Source: Vicugna vicugna
Taxonomy: Eukaryota
DNA: 64,000 bases
NCBI GenBank assembly: GCA_013265495.1
Contig: MU058384.1
Coordinates: 3,137,010 to 3,201,009 of the forward strand
Direction of reading: 5' to 3'
The translations under genes were made by a program, and so were the position numbers. Below are positions 23,970 to 37,757 of this stretch, in pieces (the stretch's first letter is position 1; the number at the start of each line of letters is the position of its first letter). The notes beneath the pieces were generated by a model. That model did no database searches, was not told the DNA's origin, and worked only from the letters and a program-made list of their open reading frames with translations.

Positions 23970-24265
23970 TTTGTTTTTGTTTTGACACCTTTATTGTGGT
24001 TTGGTTCCTGTACAGTAAACTACACATATTTCAGATGTACACTTTGACGAATTTTGATGGATGAATACATCAATGAAACCACTACCACAATCAAGATAGC
24101 CAACGTTTCCATCACTCTCCAAGAGGTGCAGTTTTCGAATTCCCAGTTTATCCCTTCACACCCCCTACCCACTGGTAACCATAAGTTTGTTCTCTATGTC
24201 TGTGAGTCTGTTTCTGTTTTGTAGATAAGTCCTTTTACTTTTTTTTTTTTTTTAAGATTTCACAT
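23970..24265 (-). mobile_element. Chimeric L1 insertion (young 3'UTR piece plus old L1M 3' end)
   Basis: Perfect 16-bp TSD AATAGCCTGTACTTTC at 23954-23969 and 24266-24281. Confidence 0.85.
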
Positions 24266-24442
24266 AATAGCCTGTACTTTCAATCATCTTCTCTTCTAGA
24301 ACAAGCTGGAATCTCCCTCACCGTCTCTGAAACCATGGCCATTCCTACAGGATAAGGTGTCTACAATGAATTGTGTAATTGAATTTTTCAAGAAGAAAAA
24401 CATCCTATAAAAGCCTAATAAACCACCCTGGAAGCCTTAAAT

Positions 24443-24625
24443 CGATGGTTTCCAACCCTTACTGCACAGTAGAATCACCTAGGGAGCTTTAAAAAAATAC
24501 TTTTATCTAGACCCCATAAATTGAAGAAATCGTGATCCCAAGAAGGGGGTCCAGGCATCAGTATTTTTTAAAAAACCCTCCCTGCGTGAATCTCCTACAC
24601 ATCCAAGTTTGAGAAACGCTGCCTG
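24443..24625. mobile_element. MER5-like hAT MITE
   Basis: CTGCACAGTAGAATCACCTAGGGAGCTTTAAAAA...CCAAGTTTGAGAAACGCTG. Confidence 0.8.
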
Positions 24626-26074
24626 AGGTGGTCTGCAATCCCTCCCTCTCTTTCCTACTCCTCAGCCCAACAGTGTCCATTTCCTACTTGTTTTTCTCCC
24701 TGAATCTCTGTATCCTCTTTATCTTCATAGCACCCACCCTACTTTAGGTCTGTCTCCCTCACACGTGGACCATTGCAATAGCCTCCTCACTGGTTTTCTT
24801 GACTTCAGGGATTCTCCTCATTATCGTATGTATGACCCCAGATAAATATTCTAGAAGACAGCTTTGATCTTGTTACAACCCTGCTAACAGATGTCAGTGG
24901 CTTTCTGTTTGCTACCTGACAGCTATGGTTCCCCACTAGGGATCCAAAACTAGGATGGGAATACACATGAATGCACTAGAAATGATCAAAGTTCATGTTG
25001 GACAGGCTAAGGAAATGCAGAGGCGAATGCCTTTCTTTGCTGATCCCTCCCTGACTTTGGAAACCCAGTGCATCCTTCACAGCCTAGCTCTGCCACAACA
25101 CCTTCCCTGCCTTCGTTGCTCTTGGCTGCAACAGAGTGAACAGCCATCCGGGTGTGTCCTGGACTGAGAGTTTCCCAGGACATAGAACCTCCAGCACTAA
25201 GTCCCAGGCAAACCGGCACTATTTGGTTACTCCAGGCTAGAATGATACCAATTAGTACATTAGCGTTTGGGTTGTAAGCTCCCTGTCACAGGAAGCCTAA
25301 AAGCATCCGCTCGGTGATCAACTGTCACCGTTAGAGCAAATTCCTATCTGCGTAACTGAAAGAGCAGCCAGAATAACTTCTACAGTGTATTCCCATTACA
25401 ACCTCCTGGGTGTTAAAAAGTCCGCAGTTAGAAGTGAGGAGTGATTCTGGAACCCTCACTTAGATGACAGGAGTTGAGGTTAACATTAGCGATTTTCCCA
25501 GCATTGTTTTCCTGGGCTCCCACATTTCCTCATCTAGGACAGAAATCCTTTATCGGAGCCTCTGTGGTTTGCTCAGTGGTAACGGTGCTTTGCTCCAGGT
25601 ACAGGTGATATGTCCTTGATCTACTATATTGCATGTAAGGTGATAGAACCAAGAACTAGAAGTGGTACCAAGGAAGACTGGGGCCCTTAGTTTATGGGTG
25701 GAGTCCCTAGCTGCCAAGGTTGATAATGAAGTAACAAGAGTGCATTGCTTTGAACATATATCTGCAAGTTGATGACAAGGGTCACTCAAGGCAAGACTGA
25801 ACTCTCCAAATAATGCCCCCCTGGTGTATCATTAAGATGATTAGAAAGGGTTCAGATTGGAAAAGGATTATGAAATGTTGCATGGGAAAAGGATCTTTCT
25901 CTCTCTCTTTTTGAGTCTTATTCAGAATACCCCATTTCTGATATTGACTAGAGATCTCCTTGCCTTTAGTTTCTGTGGTATTCAGCAATAAAATAGTTTT
26001 GTTTTTCATTTCTCAGTTTTGGAGTATGTTAATACCTCAACAAAGTTTACATGTCAAACATACAATAAAAAATA

Positions 26075-26390
26075 ACCTTGAAGATGTTATGCTAAGTGAA
26101 AGAAGCCAGATGGGCTTCTGGGCATATAGTTTATAAATTCATTGATACAAAATATCCAGAATAGATAAATCCACAGAGACAGAAGGAAGATGGGTGGTTG
26201 CCAGGGGCTGAGGGAGGGGTTAGGGAGAGGAGCTGCTTAATGAGTGAGGAGTTTTACTTAGGAGTGATGGAGATGTTTGGGAGCTAGACAGAGGTAGCAG
26301 CTGCCCACTTTGTGACTCTACAAATGCCACTGAATGGTGCACTTTGAAGTGGTTAATTCTACACTATGTGAATTTCACATATAAATGAAA
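26075..26390 (+). mobile_element. L1MB-like 3' end
   Basis: AACCTTGAAGATGTTATGCTAAGTGAAAGAAGCCAGA...GGTTGCCAGGGGCTG...GTGAATTTCAC. Confidence 0.85.
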
Positions 26391-26499
26391 TGATCATAAG
26401 TAATTAAGTTAATAGAGTAAATGTCTCTGTCTTTCTCCTATAAACAAACCACCTAGTTCTTTCAAAGTAACCAATGCATCAGCTTCTTACGTTTTCTTT

Positions 26500-26980
26500 C
26501 AGAAATATTTTATGCATGTTGGAAAAATTCACATACATCTTTTTCGTTTTCCTTTTTACACAAAAATAGCATTCAATGTTTACTATTCTGCACTTGGGGA
26601 TTTGTTTGTTTATTAACAATAAACCTTGGTGATCACCCATATGAATATTTAATAGTATCAATATTTAATTATTTTTAACTGGTTCGTGATATTCCAGCGT
26701 ATGTGTGTGACATAATTTATTTAATGGATCCCCTATTGACAAGCTTTTAGATTATTTTCAGCTTTTGCTACTAGGAGCAACAAAGCAATGAGGAATTTTG
26801 TGTATTTGTCATTCTGCACATATGATTACATCTGCAGGATAAATTCTTAGAAGTATAAGTGCTGGGTTGAAGAGCACGTGCACCTGTAATTTTGATAGAT
26901 AAAATCAAATTTCCTGGCTTAAAGTTTGGACCATTTAAATTCCCACCAGTAATGTGTAAGAATCCCAATTCCCCACCATT
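26500..26980 (-). mobile_element. Old L1ME-like fragment
   Basis: CCCCTATTGAC...GGATAAATTCTTAGAAGT...TTCCCACCAGTAATGTGTAAG. Confidence 0.7.
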
Positions 26981-28944
26981 ACTGACGAAACAGATAATTC
27001 TTTTTGACCAGAAATCTGCTATAGCAATATAGAAGAGAGTCCATTTTTTAAGTTTTTACAAAACCATGCTTAGCAAAGCTTTGTTTTATTTTGTTGTACT
27101 TTGCTGTGTTAGTACACATATCCCAAGCTGGAACTTTCCTCTCTTTTATCAAATTCACTGCCTAAATGTTTATTGCTTTGAATTCCAGATGGTTTGGCCA
27201 ATCTTTCTGAATATTACATTTCTAAATGGTTTTTGAGTGACCTTATTTTCCGGAAACAAAATATTTAAGGAATTGTCAATAAAAATAACTACAGATGTGT
27301 TAACTTTTCCTATGTTACTTAGGAATGTAATCTCGCAGTGGTTACTTAGCCTAGTTGATAAACACAGCAAACACTCAGCAAAACATTTCAGGCCTCTGCA
27401 CAAACACAACCTAGTCAGTAGATATGGAGCATCTTCTATTTGCAAAGCTATGTGTTGATTCCTGTGGATGACACCATAAGGAATAAAACACAGCACAGGA
27501 AAGGAAGATAAAACAGAACGTGGCAAATGGTCTGAGAGGAAGAGTATAGCATATGTTCGTGGGAGGGAAAGATATCTGAGTGGGGGCATCAGGAGTGTCA
27601 TGTGAGGATTCTAAAGGGTTAAGGTGGAGAATTATTGAACGAATAACATCCCTAGGGAACATTTTAGCACATTTTGGTTGGTTTCATTTGTAGTGACATA
27701 TCTCATAATTTTTTTTCTGATTTTGAATTCCAAGTTTTATCTATCACTCCTAATCATCAGTCACATGTGTTTACTTCCTTCCCCTACCTGAGGGCTCTCA
27801 ACAGATAGGTGTTAATGAAATGACTTTGAGCCAAGAGAGACTGATCAATCCCCAAATGGAATAGCTTTTCATTTCTTAGCCCACGACAGGTATGCTAACT
27901 GAAACTCTGCGGTCAGCTGTGAAATTAGAGCATTTTCACTAAGCACAGTGTGGAGGGCCACATCTCAAAAGCAGCCTTTACAATTATTTTACTATTTTCT
28001 AAAATAAAATATATATATTGTAAAGACATATGTGATATATACCTTTGTGTTTCTCAGGGAATCATTGCATTCTTTCAGAAAATGTCCTAATACGCCTAAT
28101 AAGTTAATTACTGGGCAAACTTTTGAGTGGGTTAGAAATGAAAACAAAAATTAAATGACAAAATTACTGATGTTCTGCAGAAATTGATTTAAAATATAGA
28201 CTCCTGGCAAGAATTCAGTAAAAAATAAATATAATTCCAGTGGCTAAAGTAGAGTTTATTGAGTTCTAAAGCCTAGTATCAATGTGCTAAGCACTGTGCT
28301 GGTACATACAGTTGAAAAAAATAATTGAAAGTCACAAATTTAGGAATATGTCTGTAGCTCCTAATGTCAAGGCAAACCCCCTCGAACTAAGGACTTAACA
28401 GTCTTTAAACTCAACAGGTCATGCCGTATTGACAGCCAAATTGAAGTAAGATTGTTTTACATTTAAAATCTACAGATTATTCAAATATCTTAATAGAGAA
28501 TTGGCATTCGTGAGCCTAAGAGAGGCAAGCTGGAGACAGACATGCAGAAAATCATTCAAATGGTAGTATTTTTTGTTCACAGTTTAAAAGAAAAAAGAAA
28601 AAGACACAAAGGTTTTATTTGATCGAAACCTTTTAAGAAACAGTTATTACCTAGAGGATTAATTCTTCCTGCCTCCGGAAGATTGTATTTAACATGTTCC
28701 TTTTCCCAGGTGTACAGGTGCTGTGGCCAGGACAGTGCCGGCAGAGACTCAAGAATGCTGTCTCCATCAGCACGGTGTTCCCTCCATCCACCAGCAGGGG
28801 AAGCCAGTACTTTCTGGCCCTGCCCTAGTCTTCTTTTACATTAAGCAAAGCTGGTCTATTTTTTCTTAGAGGACATAAGAGTAAACATCTTTCTTTTACC
28901 CCTTCAAAGGGGGCTGTAACTACCTTTCCATTGAATTGTCTCTC

Positions 28945-29730
28945 TTTTTTTTTAATTGTGGTAAACAGATACAATAAAATTCACCATCCTGACCATTTTT
29001 AAGTATACAGTTCAGTAGTGTTAAGTATATTCACATAGTTGTGCAACCAGTCTCCAGAACCTTTTCATCTTGCAAAATTGAAACTGTAGACCCATTAAAC
29101 AACAGCTTCCCTTTCTTTCCCCACTCTCAGCTTCTGGCAACCCCATTCTACTTTCTGTTTCTATGAATTTCACTACTTTAGTGTCAACCAGTTTGGGCTG
29201 CTATAACAAATAACAGACTGAGTGGCTTATAAACAACAGAAATTTATTTCTCACAGTTATAGAGATTAGGAAGTCTGAGATCAAGACAGATTCCATGTCT
29301 GGTGAGAGCCTGCTCCCTGGTTCATAGATGACCAGCTTCTCTCTGTGTCCTCACATGGTAGAAGGGATCTCTCTAGGGTTTCTTTTATAAGGGCACTACT
29401 CCCATTCATGAGGGTTCCACCCTCATGGCCTAATTATCTCCCAAAAGCCTTGCTTCCAAATATCATCACATTGGGAATTAGATTTCAACATACGAATTTG
29501 GGGGAACACAAACATTCAGTCTATAGCATTTAGCTACCTCGTATAAGTGGAATCATATGGTATTTGTCCTTTTGTGGTTGGCTTATTTTTCTTAGCAAAT
29601 AAGCTCAAGGTTCGTCCATGTTGTAGCATGTGTCAGAATTTCCTTCCTTTCACATTTGTTTCCTTATTCATCCATCAATGGAAACTTGGGTTGCTTTCAC
29701 CCCTTGCTTATTGCAAATAATACTGCTGAA
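28945..29730 (-). mobile_element. L1MB-like 3' end split by a MaLR LTR
   Basis: T-tail, TTGTGGTAAA...GGCAACCCCATTCTACTTTCTG; resumes as CTACCTCGTATAAGTGGAATCATA after 29533. Confidence 0.88.
29182..29528 (-). mobile_element. MaLR solo LTR (MLT1A-like)
   Basis: TG...CA termini; 5-bp TSD TTTAG at 29177-29181 and 29529-29533; AAACAACAGAAATTTATTTCTCACAG motif. Confidence 0.9.
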
Positions 29731-31399
29731 TCTCCTTTTGATTGTAGGTTTGATTATTGTCTTGGGACATATGTTTTTCTTGCCCTTTGGCTACAGTGAA
29801 CTCAGGAGCTCCTCCACTTTGGAAAGAGTAAATGGTTGGGGGCAGAGAAGGACTGAACCCATTTCTCCACCCTTATGCCCTCATCTTATCTTCCACATGT
29901 GTAAGTAGCACAGAATGGTAGCTCAGAATTCAGTTAGCACCTTCTCAGATTCAGGACAAGCTGCTCTGAGTCCCCAGCCCCTTCTCTTTTGTCTTTGTCT
30001 TTGCACCACAGGAGGGTGTCTATCTTTCTTCTACACTGGGGAACATCAGGCTTAAACCTTAGGAAAAAAACAGTTCTTCAGGGACAATGTTCATCCTTGT
30101 GTTTCTATTGCACAGTGTCCAAGTTTTGCATTTTAGCAACGTTGTCTTCTTAGGCTTCATGACAAGCCTAATGAGGGGCTTCTGTCGGTGAGTTGGTTGG
30201 CATAACTCAACTCTACTAGTTTAACACGCATGACTCAATTACACAAGAGTTAGCTAATGAGCAATGGGGAAGAAGTTACAGGTTAAAACAAATGGCGCCT
30301 AAATGAATCAGTGTGGCCATTCAGATGCCCACCATTCAACAAAGACCTGGCAAGACATTTTCTTCACTGGGTATGAATCATCCAGATAAAAAGGGGAAAC
30401 CAGGGCCACCTACATTCAGAGCTTGTACAGTATGACCTCGAGGCCCAACATCTACCAGGAGCTTCCGAGCAAAAGGCCAAGCTCCAAAGAATGAAAGGGC
30501 TTACACATCAGCATTAAATAATTCTCTTAGAGATGCAAATTTCTAATTAGTTACTGTGGCAACTGTCGAGGCCTAGAAGTAAGCCCCTTTTACAATGAAC
30601 CTGAGAGTTTACTTTTTTGATTTACTATAGGCCTGTAAGAAGCAGGGAGGAGGAAAATAAATATTGCTTTAACTGTGACAAGAGAATAAAGTACAAGTGA
30701 AGGGATTTCACCCTTTTGTTGGCATTCCTACAGGTCTAAGAGAAACATTATACTTTACACACAGTCTTGCTGCAAACAGAAGCCAAATTCTCAAAGGCTT
30801 CATAAAAATCACGATTGTTATAAACAGGACCCAAACATAACAGACTATTTTTTAACCTACACTGACATTTCTACTTCTTTAAAGTGAATATGATCTAAGA
30901 CTGTTGTTTCAAAACAACATATTTTGATGGAGTGCTTTTTTGTTGTTTGTGTTATTTTGTATGCTTGGCTTTTGTTCTTTTAAAATTGTATGTAATTCTT
31001 CCAATCTTCTGTTTGGTATGGGGAAAACAAAATCCTTATGTTTTATGGTGATTTGATTCTCCACAATCTGCTTATTGGGGAGTAATCTATTTCCTAACTT
31101 TGAATAATACATGAAAAGAAAGAATAAAAGTACTCACAAGAAAGTCTCTGGCATCAAGGATGGAATATTAATTTTGTGGAGACAACAACTGAAAAGAAAA
31201 TTTGTCCCAATAGGATTTTTCTGTAACGATTTTAGGAATAATTATTTAAATTAAAGTTTAGGAGATAAATACATAAATGTTTTCCTTCATCTTTCAGAGG
31301 CAAAGAAGAGAAAAATTATCGTCAAAAAACTTGGGTAATATTTTCTCCTTGGAATGTATTACTTTCATCTATCTTCTTTCCTAATGTTGTAAGTCAAAT

Positions 31400-31960
31400 T
31401 TAGAGACACCTAATACTTGCTCAAAATCATTTCAATGTAGTTCTTTCACAGCCCACCCTCCTGCCTCCCTCAAGCCATGTCAACCACTCTCCTGAATCTT
31501 GTTGGGTGATTTTAATAATCTTATAGTATCTGTGTGTATTCCTAACAAGTATAGTGCTCATTTTTTTAAACTTTATAACTCTGTATGTCATCTCTGGAAC
31601 CTGCTTTTTCACTGAACATTATCCTGCTAAGATTTATCTATAGTGTCCCAACGCTGTAATTCATTCATTTGACATAAAATTTACATTGTATAAATATGCC
31701 ATGATGAATTTATATGCTTTGCTTTTATGAATAGCACTACAAACATTTTCTGTATGTTTTCAGGTGTACATAACACCTTACTGAAAGAGAAAATGCCAAG
31801 TCAAAGGGTAGGTGAATTTCAATTTTATAAAATAATGGCAAACAGTTATTGACTGTTTCCAAGTTGCCTATTGACTTATGCTGTCATTCATGATGTCTGA
31901 GAGACGTATATCTCACATCCTCTCCACAATGAGGTATTGTCAGATCTTTTTTATTTTCTG
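31400..31960 (-). mobile_element. Old L1ME-like fragment
   Basis: Antisense L1M 3' landmarks (CAACCACTCTCCTGA, CACATCCTCTCCACA, GTATTGTCAG). Confidence 0.6.
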
Positions 31961-31989
31961 CAAAAAGCAATTTTAATATGAGAAAATTT

Positions 31990-32570
31990 AACATGGGCTA
32001 ACTATGTCCCCCAAATGGGATTTGCTCCCTTGAAAGTTAGAAGAGGTACAGCAAGTAAGTATGGTCTCTTTCTTAGTGGTAGGAGATATGCGGTACAACA
32101 GCTCATCAGTTGTCCCAGCGTGCCCATGACCTGTGGACCACTAAATGTTACATCACGTGTCAGGTCTCTGAATCTTCACTGGATTTAGTTTTCACCCTGT
32201 AACACTTTACTAACATTTCAGTGGCATTAGCCACTTCTTTCTTTAACAGGTCCAATTTGCAATATATCACCAATATAATGTGCTGGCATGATATTATGTG
32301 GACTGTGAAGGATTAGGGTCCCTGAAGACTACATTGTGACAGCAAGCAGGAGAATTAACATAACCCTGGAAAAAGAGGGTCAATGCATACTGCTGTCATT
32401 GGCAGGAAAGGGCCAACTACTTTTGATCCTCCCTACTGATAGAACAAAAAAAAAATGCATTCAGCAGATCACAAGCTGTGTTGACCTGTAGCTGTAAAAA
32501 CATTATATCTGGAATGGCAGCTGCAGTTGAGGCTACCAAGGATGAAGTCATTCTTCCTTCATTACCTAAA
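31990..32570 (-). mobile_element. ERVL internal fragment, pol (RT)
   Basis: Minus strand gives degenerate AAAIPD..DLLNAFF..QQY....QGYVNSPA.CHN..HYIGDI, matching ERVL RT motifs. Confidence 0.8.
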
Positions 32571-32611
32571 GTAATCCTCGGTCATTTGCTATGAGCTATC
32601 TCATTTTTGAA

Positions 32612-34225
32612 GAGGACAGGGTGGCTGTAAGCATCCTTTGACCTGTGTCTGCATCATTCCAGTCCCTGTCTCTGTGATCACATTGTCTTCTTTTCTGAGT
32701 GTAATCTCCCCCTGCCTTTCTTTTATATGGACACTTGTGATTGGATTTAGGGGCTACCCAAATAATCCAGGATAATCTTCCCATATCAAGATCCTTAATT
32801 TATGCACATCTGCAAAGATCTCTTTTCCTTATAAGAGAATATTTACAGGTTCCAGAGATTAGAACTTGATCACCTTCTTTGGGTGCTCACTATTCAGCCT
32901 CTGCCCTCTGGCCCCCAAAGATTCATAGACCTCGTGAAAAATACATTTATGCCATCCCCAAATGCATCAAAATCTCAACCAATTACAGCATCAACTCAAG
33001 CCAAAAGTCTCATCTAAATATCATCACCTTGAAAATCCCAAATCTAATCATCTATATCAGACATAGATGAGAGCCTGGGTATGATGCACCCTGGGGTAAC
33101 ACTTCTCTTCATCTGTGGACCTGTGAAACTGGAAAACAAGTAATCTGCCTCCAAAATACAATGGTGGGACCAGCACAGGATAACAGGCATAGACATTCTC
33201 TTTCTAAACAGGAGAAAATGATAGGAATGAGGGAGTCACTGGTCCCAAGAAATTTTGAAATCCAGCAGGGCAAATTCCACTCAGTTCATGGCCTGAGGAT
33301 AATGCTCTGTGCCCACACATCATCTTCTATGCCCACAGTTCTAGTCTCCGTACCTGAGGATTCACCCTCTGGCCCCATGGATCTGCCTTTAGAGTCATTC
33401 TTCCTTTGTTTCATCCCATTCTATCTAAGCTGGCAGTGTTTCTGTGACATAATATTCTCAAAAACCTTTTGGGTCCTCCCTGTACGTCACTAGGATTCAC
33501 ACTATTAGACAGAGGGTCCTTCACAGGTCTTCCTGGATAATCTCATCTCTATTTTTGGCTTCTGCTGAGATGATTGGGTGGATCCTTGCATCCAATGCTT
33601 AATCTCTTCAAAGGACCCTGTTTGAGAAAGAATACCTGATCTTTCCATCCCTTCAAAGTACTAGCCAACGAGTGTCCAACACCACCCTTCACCTTCTCTT
33701 TAGAGCATGCTTTCCTAACAGTGACTTTCCTTATTTTAACATCTTCTGTAATAGGGAGAGGCTGAGAATTTCCCATATCATCAAGACCTTGCCTCTTTTT
33801 GTCAAATAGGTCCTTCCTCGATCTATCTCTTTCCTTTGCTACTTTATTATAAGCATCAAGAATAAACAGGGCTGTACCTTCAACATTTTGCTTGGGATGT
33901 TCCTCAGCTAAAAATACAAGTTTGTCATGTACGAAATCTGGCTTCCATATAACTGTAAGTCACAATTCAGCTATGTTTTCTGCCACAATATAACAAGGGT
34001 TGCCTTTCCTCCAGTTTCCAAGAATATGTTTTTATTTCTTCTGATCCTTCACCAGAAGCATCTTAAACATCTATATTTTTACCCACAGTATCTTCAGGGC
34101 AACCTAAGCCTTATCTATCATGCTTCTCAAGATCCTTCCAGGTCCTACTCATTGTCCAATTGCAGTGCAATGTCCACATATTTAGGCATTTGTATGTGTT
34201 GCAGTAGCAACCTCTTCCTATCAGT
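32612..34225 (-). mobile_element. MaLR (MLT1B/C-like) LTR, internal region and remnant of second LTR
   Basis: LTR 32612-32900 (GGACACTTGTGATTGGATTTAGGG...ATAATCCAGGATAATCT); ~1.3 kb MLT-int-like sequence; CCACATATTTAGG marks the second LTR. Confidence 0.8.
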
Positions 34226-34229
34226 TACA

Positions 34230-34530
34230 TGAAGTGATCGGGGCGTGGCCTCCATCCCTCTGGCTGGTGGACCAGTATAGTACTTCAGGTTTTCTGGAAC
34301 TTGTGTCAGCTCAGCTCGCTAATCCAAAATCTTTGAAAATGTGGATATTCCCTTTTTCCCCAATACCCAGTTATTCTGACAAAAGACTAGAGCAACATTG
34401 CTATTGGAATAGAATAGCAAAGCCCTTCTTAAAGGGACCCAAACTCCTTTCAAATTGATGCAGTCTAGTTCTGAGAACTGGTTCATATCCGGAAGGCTGG
34501 TGAGGGATCTCAGTTTTCCATTCAACGTCT
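34230..34530 (-). mobile_element. ERVL internal fragment (gag/protease region)
   Basis: Minus strand TGGGGAAAAAGGGAATATCCACATTTTC...GCTGAGCTGACAC resembles ERVL WGKGN..TF..LD.GxELT. Confidence 0.6.
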
Positions 34531-34744
34531 AACATCTCCTGGTGTTCTCTCTCTCTGTCTCTGTCTCTCTCCGTCTCTGTCTCTGTTTCTCAATCTATCA
34601 TTTTTCCAAGTCAAACAACACCAACATCAGCATTCTATCTATTTTATTATCTATTTATTTGGCTTATTTCTGCTTACAAGAGTGACTTTCAGATTGGTCT
34701 CAACTCAAATGGCATCTCAGAGTCTATGAAATATGACATGTGTT

Positions 34745-35260
34745 TCTCATTCATTCCTTTATTCATCCATTCATTCAACAAATATTTACTAACTGCATAC
34801 TAAGTACCAAGCTCTGTTCTAAGTGTTTGGAATGTGTCAATGAGCAAAACAAGAAAACATTCCTGCCCTCAAGGAGCTGATATTCTAGCAGCAAAAACAG
34901 AACAGAGACATAATAATCATTATATTTAAACTAGATGGCCTGTGATGGGTGCTATGGAAAAGAGGAAATACAGATCCAGTTAGGAGAGGTCGGGGGTGTC
35001 CGGGGGCTGAGGGTGGCAGGCAAGGTGGGCTTCACTGAAAACCTGGAATTTAGAGCTTGAAGCAGATGAGGAGGGACCCACTAGAGCAAAGCCCTGGGGT
35101 CGGAGTGTGCTGCCATGTTCACAGAGCAGCGAGGAGGCAGAAGAGCAGAGGCAGGGTGAGGGGGTAAAGGGGGCCCGCCAGTTCAGGTCTCATGGCCTTC
35201 ATGAGGACTTAGACTTTGAGTGGCCATGGCAGGGCTTTGATTGGAAGTGTTCTGATTTTA
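34745..35260 (-). mobile_element. L2 3' end
   Basis: (TTCA)n-CAACAAATATTTACT...CCTGCCCTCAAGGAGCT. Confidence 0.85.
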
Positions 35261-37757
35261 GCATGTCAACTGGTGACTTAACATTCAGTGTTTCGCCCCT
35301 TTACGACCTGGACGAATGCCCTTTCTTGGAGCAGTGGTTCTCTGGTGTGCAGCACTCTTCACTTTGGTTTATCCCAACACACTACTGTGGTTCCTCTGGG
35401 TGCCCCTCTTCCCGAGCCCAGCCTGTTCTGATGTCTGGATGCTCTGGGATGAGGTTCTCGCATCACCCTGCTTACTTACATTTAGTGTCTTGCCTTAGGC
35501 TCAGTCCAGCACAGCTCTGTTTTCGCTCAGTCTTGGGATTTGGAGATCTACAAAACAGACAGATTATCCTGAGCTTTTGGCTTTACTAGTCCTGTGTCAG
35601 CACAAAGGATGCTACAGAGGCACAAATTAGGGCCATGGTTTTCTTTCCAAATTCTTCACATTAATTTCCACATATAAAAGTGTGTGTTATGTGGCATATA
35701 TTTCACCTCGTCTTCAACCAGTACAGATGTACCAGTTGAACACTTCCTCTCCCTAAATATGCTTAGTATTTTCTCTATTTTTCATGTAAATAGGTAACTA
35801 GAGTGATCTATTCTCACAGTTCTGGTGAATGTTACTTAGACTTTGGGGAATTAAAATGGTAGAAAATCTTACTGGTAGTTGATTTTCACCCTAGCAGAAG
35901 AGTTGAAGAATGTTTTGCTGGAAAAAGTTCCCAGCGTGTAAGGCTGATGTCTAGTTTTTATTTCATTTTCTCATATATTTCAAAGTTACATTTAAGCGGT
36001 ATTAGGAAAATATAAAACCAAATGTGGCTAACGCAGTTCTTTTCTATAGAACAAAACACATGGTAAGTTATAGTATCTTTCAGCTATAAAGTATTGGGAT
36101 ACTATTTGTATTTTAAGTATATTGAAAACATGGACATTTGAACCATGCACTTGTCCAAAACCTTTTTATACTTAGCATCATGTCTAAAGCAATGTGCTGA
36201 ACAACACAAGGAACCTAAAGGTGCATGAGGCAAGAATTCTTGCCTTTAAATGCTTGCAATGAAATTGATTTATGTGCAAATACATGAAAATAACACGTAA
36301 AAGTAAAAAGAGAGTAAACGCATTGTAAATATTCAATTCAAAAAGATCCCTTAAATTGGATTTAAGAAGGCAGAGTAAACTAAATCTTAAATATCTCCTC
36401 TCACAAAACTTAATGATATAAATTTTAAAAATAGAAAAAAAAAGCCATAGAAAAATACACCATCAGAAATCAAACTAAAGAAAGTCCTTGGTCATCACAG
36501 TAGTGAAATAGTAGTTTCCCAAAGTCTGCCCAGCTAGGCGTATTACAATTTCATGTAGCAACAAATTGTACCCTTCAGAAGAATTAAGGTAAAGCGTGCT
36601 AATTTTTTTTTAATCTAGAAAAATCTTACTAACAATCTGCAACTACAGAGAGGAAAGAAGAAAAAAAAAAGTCGATGGAAAAGGTTTAGAAATTACTAGT
36701 ACATGTATAGAATCCTCTGCTCATTCACCTTGATGCCTCCTCAGAGAAAGAAAAAGAAAAAAATTTTTAAGTAACACAGTAGTTTAACATTTTGGTGTTT
36801 TTGTGTTGGGTGAGCAGAGGGTAAATATTACTAACTGGGCAATAAGTAGAAATTTAGTCAAAAAGAGCAAAATAAGGGAAATGTCCCTGTGGTGTGGATA
36901 CTAACAGAGGCCAAGAAAAATGCCTTTTTCTGCATCTCTTCTTGGGATTGGGAAGGAGAGATGGTGGTTGGGGAGGCAGAGATGAAAGCAAGAAAGTGAA
37001 CAGCCTGGGTTTTCTCTGTCTCTGGCTCCTTCCCTCTGTCTCAGAGTAAAGGCACCAGAGCCAAGTGGCCTGGAAGAGACTCTGTGCTCATATGGCATCT
37101 TCCCTGGACAAGAAAATTTCACAAAACTGCAGAGAAGGAAAAGCCGGGCCTACCAATCAGAGAAGGAGAGAAGGAATTCAAGTAGAAAGCCAGGTCTGAG
37201 CTGTCAATATGAAGAACTGACAAATAAGGAAAAGGCAGAGAGATAGCAGCCATACATTCACCTAGTAGCAGAGCCCAGAGAATAAACCAGCAGAATAATA
37301 TGTCAACTGGTGATAAGCACAGGGGAGGAAAGTGAGGTGGAAAAGACGGATGGACAAGATGGAGGGAGGGTGGTCAGAGAAGTTCCCTGCAGAGGTGATT
37401 TTGGAATAGACCAGGCCACAGCAATTACCTGGAGAGAAGACTGTTCTTGAGCAGATAAATTAGCAAGTGAAAAAGAAGCATGCTGGGTGTGTTTCCAAGA
37501 ACTGTCTTGAGAGCAGAGTTAGAAAGAAGGCAAGGGGTGAAGAATGAGGTGGGAGGACTCAGGTAGGCGGTGGAGGGAGAGGAGCTGGTGAAGATCAGGT
37601 AGGGCCTGAGCAAGAACCATGCTGTTTACTCACAAGAAAGGATGTCTTTGGAAGACTTGAGCAGAGGATAATGCCCACTGCTCTGTGAAGAGACTGTAAG
37701 GAGCAAGGGTGGAAGCAAGAAGACAAATTTATGACAATGTAATGCAAGGATCTAGGT

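Noticed and set aside
28788..28806. CTCF-like CCAGCAGGGGAAGC, also GCACAGGGGGCAC near 60162
   Set aside because: Mismatches at high-information positions; expected by chance in 64 kb
35107..35589. 160-aa ORF
   Set aside because: Starts at GTG inside an L2; no domain or splice support
37421..37442. Minus-strand CTTCTCTCCAG|GTAATT recursive-splice-like site
   Set aside because: Lies within an L2 remnant and the pyrimidine tract is short
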